Shown here: piece by piece, positions 37,901-50,412 of the stretch
How the letters are laid out: each line of letters opens with the position of its first letter
Numbering within the stretch: the first letter of the stretch is position 1
Source of the DNA: Catajapyx aquilonaris
Lineage: Eukaryota
Assembly: GCA_000934665.2 (NCBI GenBank)
Contig: JYFJ02001495.1
Location: 1-64,000 of the forward strand
DNA length: 64,000 nt
Direction: 5' to 3'
Program-made: the position numbers and the translations under genes
The notes under the pieces: generated by a model
What the model was told of the DNA's origin: nothing
Databases searched by the model: none
What the model saw: only the letters and a program-made list of their open reading frames with translations

Positions 37901-38949
37901 GAATCGGAATAAGTCTCACTTTCAATTCAACAGGTGTGGCCAGCCCTTGGATCATGTCGGCCACTTTGCTACACATGTTCATGGAGAAAGTCCTACAAAA
38001 AATATATATATTATTGTAACAGTCTGCCTTGCCAATGATTGAACAGCAATATTACTTGGACTGGGCAGCAAATCTTCCAGCTGCATATATGGCAGCCAGA
38101 ACCTCAACCCTGTCTGATGAATCGAGGCTGTTGTGGATGCTGTGATGCACCTGCTTGTTCTCTGGAATTATGACTGCAATACTTCCCAGTGTGCGGAGAG
38201 TCAAGGCCCGAGCAACCTCACAGAAGCAAACATGAACTTTAATATACACATCATCGCAAAATGAAAATGTCACATCAAGTGTTTTTCAGATCTAGAATAT
38301 ATTGCGAGTAAAAGAACTTTTGCGAATGCGAAACACTGAATTAAAACTACATATTTAGCAACACATAACCAAATTTCGAAATCAGTACTCACAGGGTCAT
38401 TGGAATGGATGACAGAAAATATTCTCCGGACAAACTCATCAACATTGAGAATCTTGTCCAGGTGCCTCTCGCTCTCATGACACACCCGCAGGATCCACAG
38501 ACGTAAGAAATTTGTTCTGAAAAAGCAGAAGCTCTTAGCACAACGAAATTGAATCATCGTCCATATCTTAGCCACATACAATATAATGTTACGAAATGAA
38601 TTATTTCTCCCTCGTGGACTTACACTGAATAAGGCACTTACCCTATGCGGAAGACTTCAGCAAGTTTCAGCATGGCCGAGTTGATGAGGATTGGAAACGG
38701 GTACTTCTCGAAGAGGGCAGGGAAGCCCACGATGGCCTCGCATTGTTCACCAGCATGTGACGAACGCAAACCTGCCAAAATTCCAATCAAGATAATCAGC
38801 CTCCATTATCCCCCATGTAAGTTAGCCCTCCCTGTGTACACCGCCAGACCTTTGTCGAGCTCTGTCAGGGCAGAGTTGGCGTCCTGCTCCGGCTCCCCGA
38901 AGCCGTTCTCGCAGAAGGCGGACACCCTCGCTCCCTGGGCAGACGACAT
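34965..38949 (-). CDS. INTS7: Integrator complex subunit 7, multi-exon
   Basis: MSSAQGARVSAFCENGFGEPEQDANSALTELDKG, GEQCEAIVGFPALFEKYPFPILINSAMLKLAEVFR, HLDKILNVDEFVRRIFSVIHSNDPVARALTLRTLG, PRLYFQTLQTTSIK, VEPHNDFFTAQFLLAF and WHTGP all match the known INTS7 sequence pattern. Confidence 0.95.
36148..36221 (-). other. U12-type (minor spliceosome) GT-AG intron in INTS7
   Basis: Donor GTATCCTTTT. Branch-like AACTTAAT shortly upstream of a CAG acceptor with no polypyrimidine tract. Splicing restores TLLNIQL-MQQICLYLGQSME. Confidence 0.85.
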
Positions 38950-39615
38950 GTTCCCTCCTGTTCCTCCTCAGCACACACCCAGGGGCGGCCCCTGGTCTCC
39001 CTCAACTCACGGGAAATCAAAGGCCGGCCGGTTCGCCGGCTGGGAAACTAAAACGACGGGAGACGACACTCACATGTTTCTGGGTGCGTTCGGTACTTTC
39101 ACAACACGTTCAAAAAAGTGCCGTGACGTCACGGCCCCGGAGGCCGATGCGTGTGCAGAACACAGAATGGAATTACTGAACACGTCCGGCGCCAACTGTG
39201 AACAAGGTCAAAGAAGGTAAATACGTTGCTGACTTCAGATTGACTTTATTTCCACATAACGCAGGCCTTGAACAAAAACAATACAGCCTTAATCAATATC
39301 AAAATATCAGTCACATACGCCCCAGCATTATCAACCAACGGACCAAAAAATTAGAATAAAGGGTAATTCTCCATTCCTGAATAAAAATGTCAATGATGCA
39401 AATCAGTTGAAAAGCATTGGTTGATTATTTCCTGTCAGAATTACTAGTTGCCTTTGGAAAAATTTACTTAACGTGCATTTATGACAGTTAATCCACCGGT
39501 AAAAAAACATCAGCACAGAATTGTACCCATTAGCTATCAGCCAAGCTGTGCCGTAAATGACACATGAGATCAGCCCCCTGACACACACACACACAATACG
39601 GTAGTTTAATATAAA

Positions 39616-39834
39616 AGTCTCCGCCAGACCTGGAATTTGGCACTGGCGCCTCCCCACAGAAATCTACCGCTGCCAGCTACCCGAATCCCAGTCTGCAAAC
39701 GCCCTCGGAGGAAAGGACAATTTGGGTTGGTTCCGAAGGTCGCCAACCGGAACAGAGACCCCCCCAGTAGATTCCTGTGGGGGGTGCTGGGGGGGGGGGG
39801 GCGCCAGCGCCAGATTCCCCTCATGGCGGAGACT
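39616..39834. mobile_element. Small MITE-like element with imperfect inverted ends
   Basis: AGTCTCCGCCA...GGAATTTGGCACTGGCGCC versus GGCGCCAGCGCCAGATTCC...TGGCGGAGACT. No TSD seen. Confidence 0.55.
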
Positions 39835-39989
39835 GTCAACACAGGACTAGGCTGGAAGAGACAGGGGGATGCATATATGAGATCTTCAACCCTGAGATGT
39901 CCAAATTACATAGACTATTCCCATGAAATAACAACTTTATGTCAAGTATGATCAGCAAAGGACTCCTTAAAACATACTTGACACTAATA

Positions 39990-42900
39990 CTATTCAAGCT
40001 CAGTCACACACGCTTGTTCAGCAGTGATGTCACTGTACATGAGGTAATCATGGAGGGAGTAGGGCAGTGGCAAGCTGTGTATTGCCTCCTTAACACGCTG
40101 GCCAGGTTTCAGAGACGTGGAAAAGCTCAATCGAATGCTGCTCCTGCAGTAACTCTGCAGACTTCCAACAGCTGAAATATAAAGTACAGAGTCTGAAGAG
40201 GGAGTTACTTGTAGCACATGACATAGAGCAAGTTTCTATGGATCATGGAAAGCGGACTGAAAGTTTCCCCATACAGACACTTCATTCTGAAAGAATTATC
40301 ATATTTGACAGGGCATGATGGCATACAAACACAAGATGCACTATCCGCCCCAAAAACGGCTCAAAAAATCACCCTTTCCATTCTTAAAATTGGTTTATTC
40401 TTAACTAATGAATCATATACTCAATAAATAAATAGCTAAAGAAGAGTCAAGAACTTTTTGCTCTCCTTCAGTGAGCTATGATCAAAACAGGTTGAAAAAC
40501 AATGGTCCATACAAAGGTAGTATACATCTTTGTGACTGTATAATCATGGCAAGCCTTATTTAAGACAATTTATTATGAGCATGTTGTACTCACATGTTAC
40601 TGGAACTCCAGGCAAGTCTTCAGCATGAGTGAGTGTCTCCAGGAGTGTCAAGTATTGAACAATCTTGTCATTGTCAATGGAACGCCTGCCAAATGTCATG
40701 ATCACATTTAGATTGGCAATCATGTTCCTTGCAAATTTTGAAGCATCGGGTAGAGACATTTCCGAATCGTAAGTAATGCACTTGTTAAAGATGTAAATCC
40801 AATGGTCCACAAGCTGTGATGGACTTGTCTTGCCATGTATGATCAGGAACTGCAGCACCATCCAGTGGCCATTCAGAGCAGCAGCCATCAGGTAATCAGG
40901 ACCTTTACGTGCCCTGTGGATGTTGAAGATGAATTCATTACTTCTCATTGCACTTGCACTTCTCTGTATAAACCTAGCAATTTCATGTGTGTATGAAGGT
41001 ATACCATGTGATGACTATTGTTGTCACTCGCTCCCGGCTACTCAATAACACAGGTTTATTGTACGACTGGCCTGCGCTGGGCCTGCTTCACAACTACTAA
41101 CCTTATAGACATGGTGTTTCAAGTATCAAGGCTATCTTTAATTATCACTCACACTTCCCAATTTTGCAGTTACTTTTGTGATTGTTGTGCCCCAGTCTGT
41201 GTGCCCAATAATTACTTGTAAATGGTCAAATAGTACCATAATAGGGCACCTAGATTGAGTCCAAACAATCACATAAAATACAAGCTTCGGGCAAAATTAC
41301 CTATAGCTAAAGCGGCTCATAAACGTGGAACACCTTGCATAATTCATGTTTTATAAAACTAATGAATCATCATCATCACCACAATAATACTTGCCATGCA
41401 ATTAATGCAATAGACCACATGTAACAACTAGTAACAACAACACAGTAAGGTGATATTGTTGTTGATTACCATTTGTGCACTCGAAAGACAATTAATGCAA
41501 GTGACTTTGTGACATTAGTCCAGATCAAAAGCGCAATTTATGTGCGTGTGATACAACTCACTTGCTCTTGTAGTCCACATCCAATCCATGTTCATAAAGG
41601 AAATTGACCACATGCAGAGTATTTGCCATAGATTCACCCGCTCTTCTTGCTCGGCCCAGATAGGCTACTAGTGGTGGGCAGACTTTTGGAGAACGGGGAT
41701 TGACCTCTGCTCCTATTAATAACATCACAAAGAAAATTTATGGGTTGCTTCAGGGAAGTGCCACCTTTTTAAATGGGTCATGTGATCGACTTAATACAGG
41801 ACATAAACAGTAACGTAACTAAAATTATGTATATGAGTGTGTATAAATGGGAGAATCACTTGCCATCACATCAAGTTAAATTGGCTGTCCTCCTCTTCCC
41901 GACACATTAGTTCACATTTCACCACGTATTCTGATACACACCAAAGCATACCACGATTGAAATTTTTTATTCTGGCTGTGATGTTCACCAGGAGAACCCA
42001 AATTGTTAATTTTTGCAGTCACACTCTTTTAAATAGCCTCACAATCAGCAATCCACTGGTACCTGAGGGTACCTTTGTAATCAGTTGGGATCAAAGGGAC
42101 TAAATTGGTTACCTCAAGCAGGGGCACCTACTGTATGACCAGGTTTAGTCCTAGGTACAAACACTCAATGTCATCTTTACCTGCCCTGAGAATTGCTTCC
42201 AGAGTTGGCAGTTTTTCTGCCGCATTAAAATGCCTCATGAAGAGCGAGAGAGGAGTGTGGATCTTGTAGCATGGAACTCCTGGGCAAGACTCATCACAAT
42301 CTCCAGATAATGGATGGGCATAGATCTCAATTAGGTAACCATAGTGTAAAATATGGACATAGTGGGGCTGGCTCAAGCTGAATCCCAAGTTGTGAAGGTC
42401 GAGTATCACGTCAGGGCTAGAAAATAAAGAAAATGTGCAGGTTGTTGCAACTCTTATTCTATAAAAGTGGTTTCCAAAAGACATGTGGCCACAGCATCAA
42501 TCAACCCATGCTTCAGAATAAGTGGGTGTTCTAACTACACAAAATTGGAAATGATGGCTATGTGACTCCATTTGATAACAATGTATGAACTCACCTGAAC
42601 TTGGCAGCAAGGCACAAAATGTCACAAGGACCAAGAGCAGGTTTGTCATTGATGCATAGCTGCTGAAGACGTCTTGTAGGCATCCTCTCTATAATTGCCT
42701 TGACAAGCCTGAAAATTTAATATTTTGTATTGTAATGAAAACACCCAAGTGTGACACCGACAACAAGTGATGAATAGCATCACATCATCCAAAGGTTGAG
42801 AAAGGGAGAGGATTTTACTATTTCTACATCGCCGCCCAAATCTGATTGAATTTTGATCTCTATAAACTGGGGGGGGGGGGGGGGGGGGGAANGGGGGGGG

Positions 42901-45900
42901 AACAATTTTCATTATGTTCGCAGCTTTCAGTCATTTTGCACTCTCATGCAGGGTTTATCTCTCAGCTTTGGAAAAAATTAATTGAATACACGTCATTATT
43001 ATTTTCATCCATTTTAGGCTGAAATCAGCAAATCAGTCTCAAAGTGAGAAACCTGGCAGCTACCAACCTTCTGTGTCCCCGTTTGACTGCATGATGCAAG
43101 GGCAGACAACCACGGTTGTCTACAGGTTCACTGCAGTCGGCTCTATTCTCGATCAACAGTAGGCCACAATCCTCTCCTTCAGGACTCATAGCACACGTCA
43201 TTAGAGCTGATCTTCCCCTTTTTATCTGGGAATGTGCAGGAACCAAGAAAGGGACTGGTGTACCTGCTGCATTTCTGTCATCTAAGCATAAAAGAAAGTA
43301 AGAATATTACTAAACGCATGCTCTCCAATGTCGCTATCTGGATTCGTATTCGAGTTCCAACTCTGCCCGAAAGAGGAGACAGTGGATTCCACCCTCGCTA
43401 CACAAAAGAAAGGTCTCGTTTGCGGTTGACCATTCCCTCTAGGCACAATAAACACAGTGAAAATTAGGGTTCCCCCAACTTCCAGTAGTTCTCAAATCAG
43501 TCAAATTTTGACAAAATTATTATTTGCCGAAAGGTTATACCTAAACATAAAAATCGGCTTTGTAGGTCCGGAGCACCTCATTTTTCCGCATTTTTGAGTG
43601 CTTGTTACTACATAACTTAAAATTTTACAACTGCGTAAATTACTCCCGAATGCAAATGACTTTTTATAATACTACATTAAGAATATGGGAAAAGTACAGT
43701 GTGCAATGTGCATGTGTAAGAGAGAGGTCAGTTACACTTACACCAAAAAAAAAAGTTCTGCTGTTGTTAGTTAGCGAGAACTTTACTCCCAAATTCTCTT
43801 TATCCCCCCCCTTAAATACAAAAAAATGCGAAGCAAAGTAATGAAAATAAATCACGAAGTTAGGGTCGAAATTGTCCAGTTTCCATTTCATCACGATAAT
43901 GACACATGAAGTATGTCCTTCAAAAATGTCCATCCATGCGTTGTGATGGTGTGCAGGGTTTGACGTAGAAATGTTAAAAGCAGGGATGTGATCCGATATT
44001 ATATGATCAGTTTAGTTTCGTACCGGCACGAAACCAAAAGTAGACCCGAGTTTAGTGTCGTGGAGCCGTCACTTTATCAATCTAGCTCATATGATTCCAT
44101 TTCGTGATCCGAAACTAAAGGATGTGATCCGATACGCAATTGTATGTTTTCGTACGAAACTATGGCTGAACCGAAAAGGTACGAAATTAAATGGATCGCG
44201 GCACAAAAAGGCACTTACTGGCACGAAACTGAATTGGTGGCGGCACAGAAAGGTACTGTACTGAAAGGTACCAAGGTCCAGGGACGAAATATGAAATTGA
44301 GTTCCAGACCGGCACGTAAGAAAATGTCAGCCCGAGTTTCATTACGTGACATGCTGGCAGTCGGGCTCTCCGCTGTGCCTTGCAGTTTTCGTTAAATGTG
44401 GCTCATGCATTTTGTACAATGAGGCCGATCATTTGCGCATAAAGCATGTCAGAGCTGAAATTACAATTACCTTACGATATGACTTATTATTCGCTACTTG
44501 TGGGGAGCCTCTAATTTCCTTTACCAAGTCAAATCAAAATGACCCTGTGACCCATATTGGAGGGGGCAGAGGTCAAATTCCGACCTCACCGATTTTTTTG
44601 AAATTCGGTGCATTGGTAGCCCACACCAAGGGATGAAAAACGCACCTACAGTCACCTGATCAAAATGACCCTGTGACCCGTTTTTGAGGGGGGCAGAGGT
44701 CAAATTCCGACCTCACCTATTTCTTGAAATACGGTACATTGACATACGTCCCCCTCTAATATGGGTCACGGTCATTTTGAGCAGGTAACTATACGTACGT
44801 TTTTCATCCCTTGGGGCGGGCTACCATTGCACCGAATTTCAAGAGAATCGGTGAGGTCGGAATTTCATGATTTGACCTAGCTGTCCCCCTCAAATGCCCC
44901 TCAAATGCCAGTAAATTATTACTTTCGGATCATGAAAGAGAATAATAAGAAAGTGCCAGATAGCCTAGTGTCGTCCTGGTATGAAAATGAAACTCAGGAT
45001 TACATTTCATTGCGTGTCGGTACGGAACTAAACCTAATATTTCATGTCTGTGAATTGGTGCCTTTAAGGACCTTTCTGTTCCGCGATCCTTTGAGTTTCG
45101 TGCCTTAAAGTACAGCGATCCATTTGGTTTCGTACCTTTCAGTGCCTTTTCGTGCCGCGATCAATTTAATTTCGTACCTTTTCGGTTCAGCCATACTTTC
45201 GTACCTATAAGTTTCGTGGCGGTTACATTTCGGATCACGAAACACTGTGGTGATACAGAACTGTCGAAGAATCGTACCAAATAATACAATTTCATTTCGG
45301 ATCACATCCCTGGTTAGAAGTTAGTGATACATTTTGGCTATTAAATAATAATTGGATTTCAGGACTGAATTTTTTTGGCAGTTTCCCTTTCTGTAGTGTA
45401 CAGAAAGGCTGCAGGGGAGAAATTAGTAGATATCTCATGCCCTCCCTGCATCATTTCTGGAGACTTCGTGTAGAGGCTGAGAATGGTGAATTGTCAGCAA
45501 CAACGGAGATGGAGTTGATTTCGTTACACATTGTATAAATCGCCCAAATGAGGGCACTTTGAGCCGATGTAGTGCACCCGATATCCGCCACACTATAGGT
45601 TAGCGCTCCTGGCCCCCTCTCCCCCCCGACCGACCCCACTCCCCTCNGATGGTCTGGGTGTCCCCCCCCCCCCCCCCCCCCCCCCACATTCCTTCCTTGA
45701 AATCTGACCCCACTAGGGGGCCCTCCATGCACTTCAAATTTCCTTGGTCATTTCCGTGGTCCTTTCCCTTTCACTTCCCCCTGTAGGTGAACTGATATCG
45801 CCCGCTAGCAGTTATTTTTGTAGGTTGTGCCCAAAGCTGAAGTTATAGAATGGGGCACATGGTTAGGGGCACAAGTTGCACAACCTACAAAAATAACTGC

Positions 45901-48142
45901 TATCTGGTGATAACAGCTTTCAAAAAGTGACACACGATTCTGGAACACCCTGTATATGCTTCAGGGAAGCCAGCAGTGTGTATGTGGCTCCGTCATTGTC
46001 TTAGCATTCTTCACTGGAATGTGGAAAACTCTCAATATAGCCCTACTGTAAGTGCCTATGTCTCTTGTCCACGTGACGTAGGCATAGTGGCCAGAAATGT
46101 CAGTACCGGTATATGCCATATTATATTCAGGTTCTCTTTGAGCAGTGTACAGTGTATAAAAGTGTATAAATTCAATCTGCATGGAGGCAAAAATTATCAG
46201 CATGCCCTCGTTGATACTCCACTTTCCTTTGTGGACTTCCCCAAAGGTGACGTTTTTCCAGAGAACTTCTTGTCACCAAATTACACTGCATTGATCTGTC
46301 TTTTCATTATAATAACTTAGTTTTGGCAGCAGCCATCTCTCATCATCACCAATACCTGTTCAACAGGCTTTCCCTACCTAACCCTTCGCAACTCCGGCAT
46401 TATATCATATTTCTTATTGGGGTTTTGGAAGTGAATAAAAATATATAACTTACCCTTACTACACAATCATGATGTTCACCAAAAAAAAGTATTTTCTAGA
46501 CAGGTATTCCAGTGAAACCCATTTTCCAGGTGATTTTACACACTGGAAAAACCTACGTTACTATGATTGTCTACAACTCCACGCCAGTCTGTCTATACTA
46601 ATATACCAGGCGAGTAGTAAACAGAAAATGCAGCAGTAGTTTGATATGTGATATGAGGCCTACAGTTGAATCAGATATAACAGACTTCAAGGGAACGCGT
46701 AAATCAGTCTGTTACAACTAGAGTCTGGATATTTAGGCACCAAAACCCCCTGAAATAGGCACGAAAAAACCTCTAATAGGCCCAAAAATTCTACTTTTGT
46801 GGGTGAGTGGAGGATAATGTTACAGAAAATAAACTAGATAATTTTTATAGGCCTAACGTCTAAAATTTTTAATAAATATTATATAAGGTCACTAACTATG
46901 TAGTAAAAACCGAATAACAACTGTTGCGAGTAGCAATCCCCTATCTAATGAGTCACACGAGTATTAGACCTATGTTGAGGTAAAGTCTAGTTAATTGGCA
47001 GTTATCTCGTACCATCAGTAACCTTGTGTAACGATGTACTTTAACTTTCCGAAATCATTTGCAAATATGTCAACATTAAATTCAGGTAAAACCTGTGATA
47101 ATTTATCGAGGGGATGATATTTTGGCCACTAAAACTAAAAATGCCCATGGACCTCAGCAAAACCTGCACTATGGTGGTACCCAATCCAATATTTATAGCC
47201 TCCCAATATAATGGTAGGCAGGGCCGGTTCTGGGGTTTCCGGCACCCCCCCCCCCCCTCCTCGGCAGCCTGAAATTCGGCGCCCTCGTGTTTTAAGACAG
47301 CCTCAGTGGCGCACCCAGGATGTTTTGTTGGGGGGTTCGAAAAGTGTCGAACTGTAAGTCAGGCGTGTCTGCGCATAGGGACAAAAATTTCGGGGCAGGG
47401 GCCATTTAATAAAAGGGCGGGGAGGAAGCCCGCCACTGGCAGAAAATTTTTGGAGGTTCGAGGGCACACGAGCTTAGGTGAATGTGGGCGATTTGAATGG
47501 GTGTGTGGTATGCATTTCTGATGTACCGGTACTCCAGGTTCACTCAGTCTGTGTTTTAAATCGTCATGACATATGTGGCATGAGCCCAACATGCAGTGCT
47601 TCGCGCCCGGTGCAGCGCCCCTTTTCTTCGGCTCCCCCGTGCCATGCTTAGCACGATAAGAATGTCGCGCCGGCCCTGCACACAAGTATAAGTGACATTT
47701 CGGTTAAAATGAGTACCTGACGTCAAGAAATTGACATTTGCCCCAGCCTCCAAAAGGCACTTGACAATTTCAGCACTTCCATTCCGGCATGCTTCCATCA
47801 AGGGTGTCAATCCCATCGCATGAGTATAATTGACAGCTGCACCTGCAAGAAACAAAATAAATTCACAATGCCAGACCTCCGCCTATTCCTCTGCCGCAGA
47901 ACCACCAGCAGAATGAACACAGTTTCCTAGTAACTTCTCAGAAGCATGCTTTGAACATGTGCTTAAATCTCTTGAATTCCACATACTCAGTGGGTGTAGC
48001 TCCATCTTTACATATCACATCATGGCATACCTTTGCGGATGAGGTCCCTAACATCCTGTATGTTGTTCTGCGAAATGGCTCCAAAGAGTAGGTCCTGCCG
48101 GTTCCTCAATGGTGCTGTGTACTCCTCATATCGGGCCATCAT
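39990..48142 (-). CDS. Ankyrin-repeat and SOCS-box protein (ASB-like), copy 2, multi-exon with a large TE-filled intron
   Basis: Exons 48031-48142 (LLFGAISQNNIQDVRDLIRKG), about 47717-47842 (GLTPLMEACRNGSAEIVKCLLEAGANVN), about 43066-43231 (GCLPLHHAVKRGH) and about 42180-42417 (SPDVILDLHNLGFSL, homologous to copy 1). Last exon has a SOCS box SLQSYCRSSIR...IHSLPLPYSLHDYL. Sequence around 47300-47700 could not be cleanly framed. Confidence 0.72.
43981..45312. mobile_element. Non-autonomous hAT-like DNA transposon with nested internal repeats
   Basis: 16-bp TIR CAGGGATGTGATCCGA / TCGGATCACATCCCTG and an 8-bp TSD with one mismatch (GTTAAAAG, GTTAGAAG). Subterminal GGTACGAAA/TTTCGTACC repeats in opposite orientation at the two ends. 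Confidence 0.85.
45806..45955. mobile_element. Tc1/mariner-like element end with an internal 25-bp inverted repeat
   Basis: TAGCAGTTATTTTTGTAGGTTGTGC (45806-45830) pairs with 45878-45902. The terminus GGAACACCCTG-TA is typical of TA-flanked CAGGGTG ends. The other end was not found. Confidence 0.5.
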
Positions 48143-50412
48143 CCTCTTCAGTGGCACGCCAGCCAACGCCCATGCCAACGCCCAGGAGGAATGGAATGAA
48201 TGGAATGACAGCAGCTGCAGTCGAAGGAACAAGAAGGATGAATCATGATCCGATGCTCACTTGTCAGGTGGGTGCGTTCAGTAGCCTCTCTAAAAGCACC
48301 TGTTGCGCCGCATGGTGGAAAGAACGTGACGTGAAATAAAAGCGCCTCAATTAAAACCGTATTCAATCTTGATTCATGATTGTCTTTTTTTATATATAGT
48401 TGCGCTGCAATAAATTCATTTCAAAATATCCGAAAGGGGTCTAACGAGAGAGGTGGCTACACACAAATCATTACTGACAACAATCAAAGGTTTTTTTATT
48501 TATGGAATGCCTTACAAACCATTTAAACAGCCAACAACAATGTGTCTGCTTTTCATCCATTCGGTACTAATAAAATCTTGTTCAACACTTGTGGGCACCA
48601 GATCCAAGGACTGAAACAACTAGACTCTAAACGCGATGTTAGAGTTGACTCTCCTTATGCATGTAGTAATTAGACGCTACTTTTTCAGACAGAGATTAAC
48701 ATGTGTCATAACAATAAAAGAGTTTGCATTGAGTAGTTTTTTTAAATGCATTACAATCACTATTGGAGTTTACAGCTAGTTTGCAAGTAGCAAGCAAAAC
48801 TGTAGTTGGTTCTAAATTGACACTGGAAGGTAACAACATGTGGAATTACTACGTGCAGGAATGCCACAATTACTGGCATGTCACAATTTGTGTCGTAACA
48901 TGGAATCAACGTGGCACATACTTTAATGCCAATCAGATGATTTTTGGGGGATGTGTTGCACACAAACATCATGTGCCTGAATTACAATTGTGTAACATAC
49001 AAACAATGTAAATAGGTTTCAATGTGATGAGTAAAAAATAAACAAACAGGTTTGGGTGACATTAATCACACAGTGGCATCCATGCATCAACACTTCCTAA
49101 CAGCGATTCTCGCCACAACTAGAATTACATTATTTTTAGATTTTTAAAATTTATTTTGGGTGAACGACGCATCATGCAAAGCCGTATACAGTGCTTCACA
49201 TTTAATTTAAATAACATCAGCTGCAATTTCTTAATTTAGCAGCCTCCACTTTCGCATGCTGTGCCGTCATCCTCATTAAACATTATTTAACAATTCATTA
49301 TATTCTAGCTGCCTAATTAACTGCAAACCTAACATTACGAGTTAAGTAGGTAGACATGAGGACTGGAAGGGCGGACGAGGGGTGGGCTGTGGTTAAACAT
49401 TTGTCGTATTTTGACTATCTGACTAAAAACAACCACCTCTCGTTAAGACTAGATATCATGCTGAGATTTAAATGTCACCTCCTTTTGACACGTATGCCCA
49501 ATGCAGCATGTTTTTTTTTGGCCACTGTCTTTTTTTAAAATATCTGCCTGCATAATATGGCTCTCGTCAGCTTCATTTTGTAAAGCACCATGAAACAACT
49601 AGGCTTGCACACCTCACCAAGACACTGTCCACGTCTGACTCTCTTGTTCAATAACTGACCTTCCGACTTCAATACGAAATGAAATCATGGCAACCACTAA
49701 CTGCATATAAATGCAGCTGGAGTTATGACTAGTTGTACGGTCAGACAATACTGTTTATACGTATGCAGTAGAGCGAGACTTTTAAAGGAGCCCCCTAAAA
49801 AAGCATTACATTCTTAGTCCAAAATTCAGTCTGCGATAAACCAGGTGAAGCAAGTAAGAGTACAAATGCAGGGTCTGACACAGAACTGCAATCTTATTTA
49901 AATTAATTGCTACATAAAATGTTTAGTGATGCAACAGCTGACAAAAAACATCGATAAAGATTGTGATGTCAAGGTAGGTTTTTTACGTGAACGTTGTATA
50001 TAAAGGGGTATATGGGGGGCACAGCCTGATAATGTAATGAGAAGTTGATTAATTGCAGCATAGCTATCTGTCCTCGAGTTATCAGATATCAGTCACCCTG
50101 CTAAAATACATTGGTGGCATAAGCTGCGGAATTTTAGAAAATGATATGCATTCTCTCCAAGTCCGTACGAACGGTTAGCTGGAGAATTCCTTAGGCATTG
50201 CAACAAAAATACCATATGCCTGCTGATATAAATTTCCCAGACAAATTCGCAAAACACCTGACATCATGACACAATGAGCAATTTTGAATAGTGCACTCGA
50301 TCTTGCCATTGCTAACTTTTCAAGAACAAGAAAGTGACATGAGGAGAGTGTGCTTTTGCCTCAGAACTCAGTAAAGCAAGTGGAGGGACATTACTTAATT
50401 GCTCCCGACTCA

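Noticed and set aside
42868..47700. G-quadruplex-like poly-G/poly-C runs and apparent frame disruption in ASB copy 2
   Set aside because: The runs lie next to ambiguous 'n' bases (near 42892 and 45647), so local sequence quality is doubtful. Not called as structure or as a pseudogene.
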